Shown here: piece by piece, positions 42,283 to 55,762 of the stretch
Position numbering within the stretch: position 1 is the stretch's first letter
Layout: each line of letters starts with the position of its first letter
From: Octopus sinensis
Taxonomy: Eukaryota
Reading direction: 5' to 3'
DNA: 64,000 nucleotides
NCBI RefSeq assembly: GCF_006345805.1
Contig: NC_042998.1
Span: forward strand, 132,742,001 to 132,806,000
Translations under genes and position numbers: made by a program
Notes under the pieces: model-generated
Database searches by the model: none
What the model saw: only the letters and a program-made list of their open reading frames with translations
Told to the model about the DNA's origin: nothing

Positions 42283-43262
42283 TAGATTGGCAACTAAATT
42301 CCCACCGTTCTTTTTTAATTAAAATTTTTTAATGGTTTAATAAAATATAAGAACTAATTAATCAATAATGTATTCACCCTTGTTGTTTACAACTTCTTCC
42401 CAACGTTCAACAAGATTTTCAATAACTCTTTAGTAGAAATCACCCGACTTCGACTCGAAAAATTGATTCAACCAAGCTCTCAATTCTGCATCAGTATTGA
42501 ACGAAACTCCGCGCATAGCATTTGAAAGAGATCGAAAGAGGTGGAAATCCGTTGGTGCCAAATCAGGAGAGTCCGGCAGGTGTGGCAACACTTCCCAGGC
42601 ATGCATTTCAATGGCTTCCTTGGTCATATTGGCGATATGAGGGCGGGCGTTGTCGTGCAGCCAAAGAACTCCATGCTGACGATTAGGTCTTTTCTCTTGA
42701 ATAGCCGTGTTGAGTCGTTCTACCTGTTGAACATAAAGTTACACGTTGACCGTTTCGTTCCGTTCAAGCAATTCGTAATGGATAATCCCTTCCCAGTCCC
42801 ACCATACGCACAACATCGTTTTACGCGGATGAAGATCTTGTTTCACGCACAGTGTCGCTTGCTTACCGGGGCTAAGCCATTCCTTACGCTGCTTCATATT
42901 GATGTACAGGCACCATTTCCGTCGCCACTAACGATTCGGTAAAGAAATTGTTGCTTGTGTCCATGAGTTGAGCAGTGACGAGCAAGCAAACCAGCGGAGA
43001 TTGTTGCTCATTGAATTTTATTGTTGTCACTTAAAGCATGCGGAACCCAAGCTCCATACTTGTGAACCTTTCCCATCGAGTGTGGGAGCATTCCATTTTC
43101 TCTGCCAGTTCCCTTGTCGTTTGACGAGAATTTTCATGCAAAAGATGGTTTAATCGCTCTTCATCGAACTCAACTGGACGGCCAGAACGAGGTGCGTCTT
43201 TGAGGTCAAAATTTCCATATTTGAACTTGGTATGCCAATCACGAGCGGTTCTTTCAGACAGT
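42282..43262 (-). mobile_element. mariner (DD34D) transposon, 5'-truncated and decayed, lying inside the TA tract of a family A SINE
   Basis: LSERTARDW..KFK.GNFDLKDAPRSGRP, WVPH, HDNARPH, WEVLPH.PDSPDLAPTDFHLFRSL, GEYIID*. TIR TA|TTAGATTGGCAAC. SINE halves at about 42155-42220 and 43340-43560. Confidence 0.9.
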
Positions 43263-43804
43263 TAGGTGATACAAAAAAGGACAAGAAAACATCCATACAG
43301 ACACATGTATGTATGTAATGTATGCATGTATGTATATGTGTGTATGTATTCGCGCACATATGTTTAGTGTCTGTGTTTGTCCCCCACTACCACTTGATAA
43401 CCGGTGTTGGGGAGTTAATGTCCCCGTAACTCAGCGGTTCGGCAAAAGAGGCCGATAGAATAAGTACTGGAGTCGATTCATTTGACTAAAAATTCTTCAA
43501 GGCGGTGCCCTAACATAGCCGAAGTCCAATGACTGAGGAAAATAAAATGTAAAAAGTAAAAATGATGTAGAAGAAAGAATGCAACGTCACCTTATTTTCA
43601 CTCTGTACCACTTACGATAATGTTCTATACGTTGTGTGTACACAATTTTTTTGTATCAGGATTACTGGATCTGTGAATCACGTCTAGTCTTGATAACGTC
43701 AAGTGTTGTTATAGATAAAGCACCATAGATCTGCACGATAAAGACTGACTGCTGCACGGCATCTTGAGAAATTTAGTGCAGTAGAATATTCGATATTAAT
43801 GGTA

Positions 43805-44015
43805 TACCATACTGGCCCTCCGTCGGTTGCGACGACAAGGGTTCCAGTTGATCCTTGATCCAAGAACAGCCTGCTCATGAAATTAACGTGCATGTGGCTG
43901 AGCACTCAACAGACACGTGTACCCTTAACATAGTCCTCAGGGAGATACCGCGTGACACAGAGTGGGACAAGGCTGGCATTTTGAAATACAATTACTACTC
44001 ATTTTTGCTAGCTGA
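43805..44015 (-). mobile_element. SINE family C 3' portion
   Basis: Reverse complement of about 50205-50400 (CCGTCGGTT..GACGA..AGGGTTCCAG, AACAGCCTGCTC.TGAAATTAACGTGCA). Confidence 0.8.
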
Positions 44016-44204
44016 AAAAGAGGGAATACAAGTGAATTTAAAGTAAATTTTTCTAAAGATTTGTTGACTTTCCATAGAAATTGATCAGAAAGAGAAACGC
44101 TCATCACTTCTTATGATTTCTTTCTCGAATAATCCAGCAGATTGATTCCTTCCCTAATCCGTTATGATCAGTCTTCAACATGGTAGATCATCTAACACCC
44201 TTTT

Positions 44205-44702
44205 TTTTCAATTGCTTCAGTCATTAGACTGTGGCCATGCTGGGTCACTACCTTGTAGAATTTTGGTCGAATGTATCGACCGCAGTACATATTTCATTTT
44301 TTGCTAAGCCTGGTACTTATTCTGTAAATCTCTTTTGCCGAACCGCTAGGCTACGGAGCCGTGAACACACTAGCACTGGTCGTCAAGCGATGCGAGGGTA
44401 CAACACAGACACAAAGACATATACACACACATTCTTTTATTCTTTCATTCTTTTATTCTCTTACTTGTTTCAGTCATTTGACTGTGGCAATGCTGGGGCA
44501 CTGTCTTGTGTCGAACAAATCGATCCCAGGTCTTATTATTTGTAAGACTAGTGCTTATTCTATCAGTCTCTTTCCCCAAATCGCTAAGTTACGGGGACGT
44601 AAACACCCAACATCGGTTGTCAGGCGATGGTGAGGTACAAACACAGACACACAAATACAGATACGCAGACACACACACACACACACACACATACATACAT
44701 AC

Positions 44703-44738
<36 letters not shown>

Positions 44739-45045
44739 ACGACAAGCTTCTTTCAGTTACCATCTACGAAATCCACTCACAAGGCTTTGGTCGGCCCGAG
44801 ACTATAGCAGAAGACACTTTTCCAAGGTTCCAAGCAGTGGGACTGAATCCGGAACCAAGTGGTTGGGAAGCAAGCTTCTTACCACACAGCCCACTCCTGC
44901 GCCTATATACATATATACGATAGGCTTCTTTCACTTTCCATCTACCAAATCCATTCACAAGACTTTGGTCGGCTCGAGGCTATAGCAGAAGGTGCCATGC
45001 AGTGGGACTGAAGATAGAACCATGTGGTTAGGGAGCAACCATCAA
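44205..45045 (-). mobile_element. Cluster of SINE family A copies (tail fragment, full copy, extra head fragment)
   Basis: Repeated CAGTCATT.GACTGTGGC, TTATTCT, AAATCCACTCACAAGGCTTTGGTCGGC and GCAGTGGGACTGAA motifs. Confidence 0.8.
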
Positions 45046-46369
45046 AGAAATACCACACAACCATGGAAAAAAAATACTAAATGCAGAGTATTTTACGTAA
45101 AATTCTAAAGAAAGGCAAAGAAGAAAAGAGTGCAGGAAGAGAAAGAGAAGAAAGGGAATGCAGTCACCCAGTCGACGGATACGAAAACACAGCTTGGCAC
45201 CCTACTATCTCGCAAGAGGACCACGTGCGTCAGAGAAAAAAATACCCACCACCAGTCTATACCACGTGATCGCTTGCATAAGGAAGCGAGAATGTGTTGG
45301 GTGTGAAACTTTCGGAGAATAAACTTAGATTTCCAGACATTGTTGATAGCGTAATTCTGTAAAAACATGTATATGTGTCTGAGCGTTGTTTGATGTCGAC
45401 ATGGTCCAGTAAGTCGACAAATAGTCATTAGAGTCACACTCGAAGGCTTGCCTTTAGTGATTCAAGGATGTATATTTGCTCAAGTGGTTCCCGTTGTGTT
45501 CTCTTGCCTCTTGCGGTGATCTGAGATTTACTGTTACAAAATATATATATATATTATATATATATATATACACGACAAGCTTCTTTCAGTTACCATCTAC
45601 GAAATCCACTCACAAGGCTTTGGTCGGCCCGAGACTATAGCAGAAGACACTTTTCCAAGGTTCCAAGCAGTGGGACTGAATCCGGAACCAAGTGGTTGGG
45701 AAGCAAGCTTCTTACCACACAGCCCACTCCTGCGCCTATATACATATATACGATAGGCTTCTTTCACTTTCCATCTACCAAATCCATTCACAAGACTTTG
45801 GTCGGCTCGAGGCTATAGCAGAAGGTGCCATGCAGTGGGACTGAAGATAGAACCATGTGGTTAGGGAGCAACCATCAAAGAAATACCACACAACCATGGA
45901 AAAAAAATACTAAATGCAGAGTATTTTACGTAAAATTCTAAAGAAAGGCAAAGAAGAAAAGAGTGCAGGAAGAGAAAGAGAAGAAAGGGAATGCAGTCAC
46001 CCAGTCGACGGATACGAAAACACAGCTTGGCACCCTACTATCTCGCAAGAGGACCACGTGCGTCAGAGAAAAAAATACCCACCACCAGTCTATACCACGT
46101 GATCGCTTGCATAAGGAAGCGAGAATGTGTTGGGTGTGAAACTTTCGGAGAATAAACTTAGATTTCCAGACATTGTTGATAGCGTAATTCTGTAAAAACA
46201 TGTATATGTGTCTGAGCGTTTGTTTGATGTCGACATGGTCCAGTAAGTCGACAAATAGTCATTAGAGTCACACTCGAAGGCTTGCCTTTAGTGATTCAAG
46301 GATGTATATTTGCTCAAGTGGTTCCCGTTGTGTTCTCTTGCCTCTTGCGGTGATCTGAGATTTACTGTT

Positions 46370-46373
<4 letters not shown>
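44738..46373 (+). repeat. 833-bp tandem direct duplication (44738-45539 and 45571-46373), bounded by (TA)n
   Basis: Identical ORFs offset by 833 bp (44764/45597, 45081/45914). I see one 1-bp indel (GAGCGTTG vs GAGCGTTTG). Confidence 0.95.
45045..45538 (+). mobile_element. Possible solo-LTR remnant (duplicated at about 45878-46372)
   Basis: Ends CTGTTACA at a TA tract (TG..CA-type end), with AATAAA about 220 bp upstream. No 5' TG end found. Confidence 0.3.
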
Positions 46374-46411
<38 letters not shown>

Positions 46412-47009
46412 CACACACACACACATACACATACGAACCAATGAGCACTCGATCTTTATTACAGTTTTACATGTAAGAGATGCTCCTTTGTACAAATTAC
46501 GCAACCCGTTACCAAAAACATTCTGCCAATCCTTGGTTCACGCAAATTCGTCCAATATTCAAAGCAAATGACAAGTTACTATAAAAGTTTTCAACCGTAA
46601 TTATTCAACAGTAAATAAAACAAAGCTTGTAGATATAAAAAGCATATGAAAAGAAGATGGCATATATATACGTACACGATAACACACAGACACACCTCTT
46701 TGTTCACAATAAATACACAAACCCACATGCACGCACGCACGCACTCATGCACGCACGCACGCACTCACGCACGTACGCACACACTCACATATATTAATAC
46801 ACATTTACACATACTATGAATACATGTATAGATATATACGTACACACGATAATTAACTGTGAAAATACATAAGTGACTCAAAGCTGTGTGTTTTATATAT
46901 CGCACTTCGGGCCTTGAATCATTTGGAAAAGTTTACAGCCGAATAGAAATAATGGATATATATTTTTATGTATCGACTTCTGTTCCTCCTCTATGCTCCA
47001 ACGAATCCA

Positions 47010-47103
<94 letters not shown>

Positions 47104-47120
47104 TCTATCTACCTACCTAC

Positions 47121-47185
<65 letters not shown>
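47010..47185. repeat. (TATC)n microsatellite
   Basis: Directly visible. Confidence 0.95.
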
Positions 47186-47684
47186 GCTAGCTATCGATCG
47201 ATCGATCTGTTTATCTGTCTATTTCCGAACATCTGATGATGTGGGCGTGCCTTATATGCACGAAACTTATGTGCAGCTGAGATAAACTGTTATTAAGTAC
47301 ATGTAATTCCAAGTATGATGATTGCTTCTTTCTTTCGTTTGTTCACTCATGCATGTATGATTGAACACATATATTATTTACTAATGATAAAGCTGAAGTA
47401 AAGACCAAACATATTGTGTGTGTGTTTAACTGGCAACATATGACCATCCCCAAGTAAAGTAATATATATACAAATTGATTTATTTGTTAATTAAAGTTCG
47501 AAACCTAGGTCCGGGAGGTAAATATTGTAATTTTTTTTTATTTTTCATTCCCTTCCAAATTGCTCTTAACCGTGGTTTGGACTTTGACTGTTCCTTCTAT
47601 CATGTAAGGTGTCCTGTTAAGGTCACCTCTTTTGTGTTTAAATATACACTAATTTTGTGAATAATATATATACATATATATTCC

Positions 47685-47905
47685 TTTTTGTTTAATTGTT
47701 TCAGTCATTTGACTGCGGCCATGCTGGAGCACCGCCTTAAAGGGTTTTAGTCGAAGAAATCGACCCCGGGACTTATTCTTCGTAACTTTAGTACTTATTC
47801 TATCTGTCTCTTGTGCCGAACCGTTAAGTTACGAAACGTAAACATACCAACATCAGTTTTGAAGAGATGGGGGAGAGACAAACGCAGGAACAAAGATACA
47901 CACAT
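47685..47905 (-). mobile_element. SINE family A 3' half
   Basis: TTTCAGTCATTTGACTGCGGCCATGCTGGAGCACCGCC...TACTTATTCTATC...GCCGAACCG.TAAGTTACG. Confidence 0.85.
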
Positions 47906-48437
47906 AGATCTATCTATATATCTATATAAATATATATATGTAGCTGGAACAAGGAAGACGTGTTCTTCTCTGTCTCCTGTCCAAGCTTGATTTACGCGTT
48001 CGCCAGCACAACCTCGATTAGGCTTCGAAACCCTTCCTGTTTGTTTTCACTGTCCTGTTTGTGTTACCAATTTTGACCCTCCGCAAAATCACAAATTTTA
48101 TTTAATTTGCTTTTCGGGAGCAACTGTTTTATCGAAAGCGTATGTTGTTAAATGCTCGAAATACGAGAGTAGAAAAACGGCCAACAACTGATGAAGGGTT
48201 GTTCTTTATATTGTTTGTCTTGTTTTCCATTTGTGCCTTTCGTTGTTCGAAAAAATAGTTTATATTCCATGTACTCGTACTTCGTTTTTTTGTACCCGTT
48301 TCGTGACATTCTGTGCCCACATATGCCTATGTATATATATATATATTATATATATATATATATATATAATATATATATATATATATACATATATATATCC
48401 GTATGTATATATATATACATATATGTATATATATACG

Positions 48438-48498
<61 letters not shown>

Positions 48499-48723
48499 GT
48501 GTCTTTCTTTCTTGATGAGAAAGGTAACCTACCACGTTTATATTAATTATGTACGTTGTTAATAACGTACTAATTACGTAATTACATATGTTGGTGCTTT
48601 TATTCGATTGAAACATCTGCTAAAAACAACAAAATAATGAATCATGTAAAATTTTCGTTTTACTGCTGTTTACTATATAATATAATGTATATGATAGTTA
48701 GATAGACAGACAAACAGACATAC

Positions 48724-48760
<37 letters not shown>

Positions 48761-50089
48761 CATACATACATACATACATACATACATACATACATACATA
48801 CATACATACATACATACATACATACATAGAAATGCATACATGCATACATATGTTTGTATACATGTATGCAATTTGCATGGCCTCAATTCCTTGTCAAAAG
48901 TATGACGGCATTTGTATCATAACATGACCTGTAGATTTTGTAGAGGGCACGCAACAGTATGGTGGTAATTAGTTTAAAAAATACTTACTGCTTTATAAAT
49001 GGAAACCCATAATCATCCTGGTCGTTTGTGATGCCTTCGCTTAGTCTTAGGTCACCCCAATCGAGGAGACCTATAACGAAAAAAGCGTTCAAGTCTTGAA
49101 TGTCGTGTTTTTCATTTTGCGTTTCATTTTGCGATTCATTTTGCCATTGTGTATTTACCTTTCTTAAAAGAGAGAGTACGGTTTGGGGGAGATTTAACTG
49201 TAGGTTTTAGCGGGGTGTGAAACTACGTAAAGGTTCCGTTTCTGGCTCGCGCGTATCATGTGAATGTATTTCTTCGCTAGCGCTTAAGGTTGTGAGTCAC
49301 AATGAAACTTAATACATACACACCGATATGCATGCACATATGTATGAGTGAATGTATATGTGTGTGTGCGTGTGTGTGTGAGAGTGAGTGTGTGTGTGTG
49401 CTTGTGCGTGCATGTGTTTGCATATATGTATATATAAACATATATACTTGCATATGAATGTGTGAATGTGTGCATATATATATATAATAACAGCTATCAT
49501 TCTTTATTGATACAAAACAAATAAGTAAATAAGCAATTTTTAGTTTAAATACTTAAATAATTATACATTTTCTATAAATCTTCTCTATTGATGTTAAGAT
49601 ATATATATTTTATCATGGTTTTAGGGATTAAGCTATTTTATTCCTCTTCTATAGTGTTCTACCCAACCTGATCATTTCATTATTTTATAAAAGCCTTTAT
49701 AAAATAAACCTAATTTTTATACCCCTATAAATTCATATTTAGCTTATATAAAACAATACCGGTATCTTCGCAACTTAAACTGCTTAGATTATATAGTTAA
49801 CATGTTCTTTCACCTCAGTACTCCTTTATTAAATACCAGTAAATACCAATGATCAATCTTCGTAGATATCATCTAACAAGTTAATATTTAAGTGTATAAT
49901 ATGCATAAATATTAAACTATTTCTATGTAATTTTCTTTTCCTCCTTCTATTGTGGTAAAATTTGGTATATACTCAAAAGTATTCAAAAAAATTATCCTTT
50001 TGTTATAATATTCTTCTTAGTATTCTGAATAACCCTAAATTTTAACTTTATACAATATGGCAATATTGTTTAAAATATTTAATTATAGT

Positions 50090-50405
50090 ACCCCATGATA
50101 AAATGGTTAGGGCATTCGGTTCAGGATTGTAAGGTCGGGAGTTCGATTCCCGGCGACGCGTTGTGTCCTTGAGCAAGACACTATTTCACGTTGCTCCAGT
50201 CTACTTAGCTGGTAAAAATGAGTTGTACCTGTATTTCAAAGGACCGGCCTTGTCACACTCTGTGTCACGCTGAATCTCCCTGAGAACTACGTTAGGGGTA
50301 GACGTGTCTGTGGATTGCTCAGTCACTTGCACGTTAATTTCACGAGCAGGCTGTTCCGTTGATCGTATCAGCTGGGACCCTCATCGCCGTAACCGACGGA
50401 GTGCT
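50090..50405 (+). mobile_element. tRNA-derived SINE family C, near full length
   Basis: A-box-like TGATAAATGGTTAGGGC, B-box GAGTTCGATTCCC, then GTGTCCTTGAGCAAGACACT (resembles the V-SINE domain, from memory). Confidence 0.8.
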
Positions 50406-50433
50406 CATACACACACACACACACACACACACA

Positions 50434-50500
<67 letters not shown>

Positions 50501-50655
50501 TGATTATTAAGCCGGTGAGAGAGTAACCATTAGTTTCGCGCTTAGCTATATAGGCGACGGTCACCCTCTTGACGGCTATACCAAACTTCTAAAAATGCAT
50601 CACTGCCTTAATGTTTTAGAGTGAGTTTCTTCTTCAGATATGTAAACTACTGACG

Positions 50656-50700
<45 letters not shown>

Positions 50701-51519
50701 TGTGTGTGTGACTGTGTGTGTGTGTGTGTGTGTATGTGTACGTATATATGTATGCGTATAAGTATTTATTTAGGTTTGTGTATGGCAACTACTGCGGCTA
50801 TATTTGCAATTGTGTATGTACACTTGTGTGTGTGTGTGTGTGTGTGTTTTCGTGTCTGTGTGTCTGTGTGTTTGCGTGTGCGCGTGTGTGTGTGCGCGCG
50901 AGCATGTAAAACCACAGACTGTTCCTGAACTTGAAAACTATACGAAAACTAGCTGTGTATATATATAACCAGATCTAGTTTATTCTCGCAAATGCACCGA
51001 ATGACATTGTACGGTGTGAATTCTAGGGAAACAGGCAGAAGCTATTTGAATTAGAGGCTTTGGTGCTAAGCTTAATATTTTCGGTTTCGGCTGGATAATT
51101 GGTTCCAGTGAATGGGACCAAAATTGCACCTTCACCTTCACCTTCCTCTAGCTCTCCATTTTATAGAAGTTTTCCACCATCACCACAACTATGAGCACCA
51201 CCATCACTAGGACCTCTCTCTCCTCCACCAAAAGCATCACCACCATCTCCACATTAGCTATACTCTATTTGCTTCATATATAAGACTGGCTTGCAAAGAA
51301 TGTATCGTTACTGATCGCTTACGGATTCATGCACTGTTATTGTTGTTGTTGCGGAGAAAAACTCTCTCTTCTTCTCTCTTTCTCTTTCTCTATCACTCTC
51401 TCACACACACACATGCGCATATTCGTACGTAAACACGCACCCTATGTATATTATCCGTTAGTCGTGCGTAAATCAGAAAAAATATCACTCAAATATATTA
51501 AGGCAAATATTTATTTATA

Positions 51520-51705
51520 TCCTTTTCTACTCTATGCACAAGGCCCGAAATTTTGGGGGAGGAGACCAGTCGAGTAGATCGACCTCAGTACGCAACTGGT
51601 ATTTAATTTATCGACCCCAAAAGGATGAAAGGCAAAAATGACCTCGACGGAACTTGAACTCAGAACAAAAACAGACGAAATACTGCTAGCGCCCAGCGTG
51701 CTGAA
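51520..51705 (-). mobile_element. SINE family B, alternative tail
   Basis: GCACAAGGCCCGAAATTTTGGGG...CAGTCGA...GGATGAAAGGCAAA...GAACTCAGAAC. Confidence 0.8.
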
Positions 51706-51803
51706 AATACATATTTATATCGTCCATGGATAGATAGCTGTATATATATTCACACACACTCACTCACACACACACATTCACACACGCATACACACACACA
51801 CCC

Positions 51804-51870
<67 letters not shown>

Positions 51871-51951
51871 CAGATAGATAGACAGACATCTATTTGTTTA
51901 TGTGCATGTATTTGTATATGTTTGTACGTGTAAATGCGTATATGAATATAT

Positions 51952-52072
<121 letters not shown>

Positions 52073-52725
52073 TTCGTATTTTATGTTCTCGTCTTTCATG
52101 TTGTTTACGATGTTTTGACGTCCTGTACCGATATATGCATGTGTATATACATATATATGTAAGTATGTACATGTGTGTGTATATGTGTATGTATGTATGT
52201 ATGTATGCATGTATGTATGCATTTATATATATTATATTATTATATGATTGAACGCCATGAGATCCAAATAAGTTTCATCTTAATAATTCTGATGCGACAC
52301 TAATTCTATCACTATCTCTATTTCTCTGTCTCTTCCTCTTTCTATATTCTTTTTATCTCCCTTTTTCTCATCCTTTCTCTAATTCTTCTCTTCCCCCTTT
52401 ACCGTTCTCTATCTATCTCTCTCTCTCTCAATCTCTCCTCTTCCTTGACTCTCTCGTTGCTCACACGTGAACAGCGGCCATCTTTCTTTACTTAACTCGA
52501 ATTTCTTTCTTCTTGTCGACTGTTTATTACTACATGTTCGGAGCTTTTAACGACATCTCTCGTTGGTGATGCCCTGCACTTATTGTGTATGTTTTGATAT
52601 TTTGTCCTGTACTTAATAATAATTTTTTATTTTATTTTATAATTAAACGCCACGCAGCCTTGTCCGCAGTACATTCTTACATTTATACATATATACACAC
52701 ATACATACATACATACATACATACA

Positions 52726-52759
<34 letters not shown>

Positions 52760-53149
52760 CTAGCAGTATCACCCGGTGTTGCTTGGGTTTATTTCGACCC
52801 TTTAGAATTGGAATTTTTGAAAAGTAAAAATTTTGCATTATGCAACTTGTTATTCTCTTCAAGTGAACATTTTTCCAGTTGAAATACACCGAAAAATGGT
52901 GACACAGCAGTCAAAAATCGTAAAAAATAGGGATTTTCATAGAAAAAAATGCACCTTTTTGATGTAAATAATTTTTGGTGTTAACATGGTCCCATTTGAA
53001 TTTTATCTTCCACAGAATGAAGAGCAAGCCTTCTTCTATCATTCTCTCAATTTTGGTCAACTTGCGCTGTAGGGTCTCGAAGGAGATAGTGTTAGTTGAA
53101 GGCTACCAAACCTGCCACATACAGACAACCTCAGCTTTATATATATAGA
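52760..53149 (-). mobile_element. Non-autonomous Helitron, intact termini
   Basis: Minus strand A|TCTATATATAT...CCCAAGCAACACCGGGTGATACTGCTAG|T. Confidence 0.85.
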
Positions 53150-53160
53150 TTTGCTACACA

Positions 53161-53243
53161 CTAGTTTCCATCCTTAATAATGAAACTTGGTAGATCCAAA
53201 AGTTAAACACACAGACACACAAGTTGAGTTTTATATATATAGA
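53161..53243 (-). mobile_element. 83-bp Helitron-like remnant (second 5' terminus)
   Basis: ACAGACA...GTTTTATATATATAGA|T end like that of 28604..29120. A|CTAG at the other end, but no GC hairpin. Confidence 0.45.
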
Positions 53244-53838
53244 TTTCTCAACGGGGATTTCAGGGGAGAGTTTCAGGGAGTCGCTGGCGATGTATCGTGA
53301 TGATCAAAAATCCGGCCTGCTAAAATTTGGTTAAAGTGATTCAAACTGCAGACTCAACGCAAAATGGTCACATTTAATTCAAAGCGTTAAAAATGTTATG
53401 AAAACAATTGGTATGTGTTCACAAAGTTCAAACGATTAATACGAAAAAACCCTCCAGGCTACATCCCGAAAATTCATTTGTCTACAAATATACCAGAGGG
53501 AATCCCTTTGTTTTAAAGTCCACCAGGAGCCTCTCGATCCTCTTGATGTTCGTTGCTGGGGTGTCGTGAAGGGGCCTGGATTAGGGATTGGATTGTTAAG
53601 CTAACTATTAAATCCTGAGATGAGGAATCCTATTGCAGTCCAAGCGACCGGATGTTGTCAGTAGGCTCCAGTCCACCATTCAGTTGGAAACGAGTTCAGT
53701 TTGCTGCAGAGTGGCGCCTCACAAAAATTTTGCAAAAATGGGAGACGTGTACGGGATTTTGGTGGGTACGTCAACTCTAGTTGATGAGGCTGGGAAGCCA
53801 CCACCGTCTTTGTCATCATCATCATCCTCATCATTATC

Positions 53839-54061
53839 TATTTCTTTACTACCCAGAAGGGGCTAAACATAGAGGGGACAAACAAGGACCGACAAAGGGA
53901 TCAAGTCGATTACATCGACCCTAGTGTGTAACTGGTACTTAATTTATCGACGCGGAAAGGATGAAAGGCAGAGTCGACCTCGGCGGAATTTGAACTCAGA
54001 ACGTAACGGCAGACGAAATATCGCTAAGCATTTCGCCCGGCGCGCTAACGCTTCTGCCAGT
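53839..54061 (-). mobile_element. SINE family B monomer with Tx1-type tail
   Basis: TSD (TCA)TCATTATC at 53828-53838 and 54062-54072. Tail ...TTTAGCCCCTTCTGGGTAGTAAAGAAATA. Confidence 0.9.
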
Positions 54062-54724
54062 TCATCATTATCGTCGTAGTCGTCGTCGTCATCATCATCC
54101 AAATAAAGATCGGTACCCACCATTTTTAACTGCCAATTCATTCTCAAATGTTATGATAAGAAGCAGTGGGAAATAAGCTATTACAAGACCAGTTGCAAAA
54201 ATCCTCGTTATTGCAAAATAAGATTCTTACGTTTGATTATAGATTGCTAATTGCTACATGGAAGTTTGGTTGATAAGTTGCCTGCAATGAAGAATAGAGG
54301 TGAATTATTTCGGGAATGATGACTGCCTTAGACCATTGTTCACAATGTTTCTGATCCCTAAGGGACAGCTAAAACATGTGCAAGGAATAAACGGTGAAGT
54401 AATCAGTAATGTACGCTACGTTTTTTGTTTCGAAACCGAAAGTGTTTGTATCTAAGATTTGGATCAATATTAATCCGTTTAGGAGATGTTGATCGGAATG
54501 GGATAATTATTATTACTCTCGAAAAACCAATCTTTGAGTAGATTTCGGTGCCTTCTTGATGACTGTTCATTTTGATTTACTTAATGTGGCCGATACCCTT
54601 CACACGGTTGCAAACATCAAACGCGCGCGCACGCATACACACATATACACACATGCACACAGACACACACACACACACACACACACACATTCGTTTCCCA
54701 TTTTGTAAATTTATCGCCAGCTGC

Positions 54725-54725
54725 A

Positions 54726-54758
<33 letters not shown>

Positions 54759-54865
54759 TTGATGATGTTGATGATGATGATGATGAAGATGATGATGATG
54801 ATGATGATGATGATGGTGATGGTGATGGTGATGGTGATGGTGATGGTGGTGATGATGATGATGTT
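54725..54865. repeat. (GAT)n/(GATGGT)n microsatellite
   Basis: Directly visible; a similar tract is at 62940-63020. Confidence 0.95.
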
Positions 54866-55148
54866 AAAGCGGAGAATAAGAATAATACTAAAGCTGAAGT
54901 GAAGATCAAGTATATAGTACGTGTAGCTAATTAGCAAAATAAATTACCATCCCCAAATATAACAATATATATACATACATACATATATATATACATACAT
55001 ACATACACACATATCATACTTGTATGATTATGTATGGAAGAATGCATTAATCAATGAAATTCCTGCTTAGTCTGATTTTCATATTTCATTATTTGTATAT
55101 TTTTCCCATTTTACAATTTTACAATTTTACACTTTTACAATATTGAAA

Positions 55149-55188
55149 TAAACTAGTACTTTCATGCGTTACGCAATCATCAGGTTCA
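55149..55188 (-). ncRNA. Minimal type I hammerhead ribozyme candidate (Penelope-like-element style)
   Basis: UGAAC-CUGAUGA-U-UGCG-UAA-CGCA-U-GAAA-GUAC-UA-GUUUA: stem I UGAAC/GUUUA, stem II UGCG/CGCA, palindromic stem III AGUACU, UH cleavage site. Confidence 0.65.
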
Positions 55189-55572
55189 TGTAATGACAGT
55201 CATGTTCCACAATTGACGTACATATAAAGTGTATGTATGTGTATGTGTGTACGTACATGCATATATACACCCATACACACATGCATACACATGTAGTTTC
55301 ACATGTCTATAACACACATTTTATTCATTTTATCGGAATCATGTAATAAGAAAATAATAGATAAATAACAATAATGAATGATGTAAGAGAACTAATGTAA
55401 TCAAGAACAGATATTAAAAAAAATAATACATGATTGCTAACCGTTTATTGAGCAGAGTGACGCAATGGAAGCAGAATATCCCATAATCCAGAGGTTCATA
55501 GATTGTACCTGTGCTCTGCAAAGAAATGGATAATTTTTTATATACATACATACATACATAACACACACACAC

Positions 55573-55604
<32 letters not shown>

Positions 55605-55606
55605 AT

Positions 55607-55762
55607 AAACAATTGCAGCATGGAAGCTGTTTATAAGCCATTTAAGAAACACACAAAAACCGTTAGATTCACTTCAACATTTCAATTTATGTTGAAGTGA
55701 ATCTAGTGGTTTTTGTGTGTTTCTTAAATGGCTTATAAACACCTTCCACGCTACAATTGTTT
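55607..55762. repeat. Long inverted repeat (74-bp arms, 8-nt loop)
   Basis: 55607-55680 is the near-perfect reverse complement of 55689-55762. Confidence 0.93.

Noticed and set aside
50090-50165. tRNA gene
   Set aside because: A and B boxes are present, but there is no clean acceptor stem and the sequence continues into a repeat body found elsewhere in the window, so it is a SINE head.
54572-54937. Acidic poly-Asp ORF
   Set aside because: (GAT)n microsatellite joined to a (CA)n repeat.
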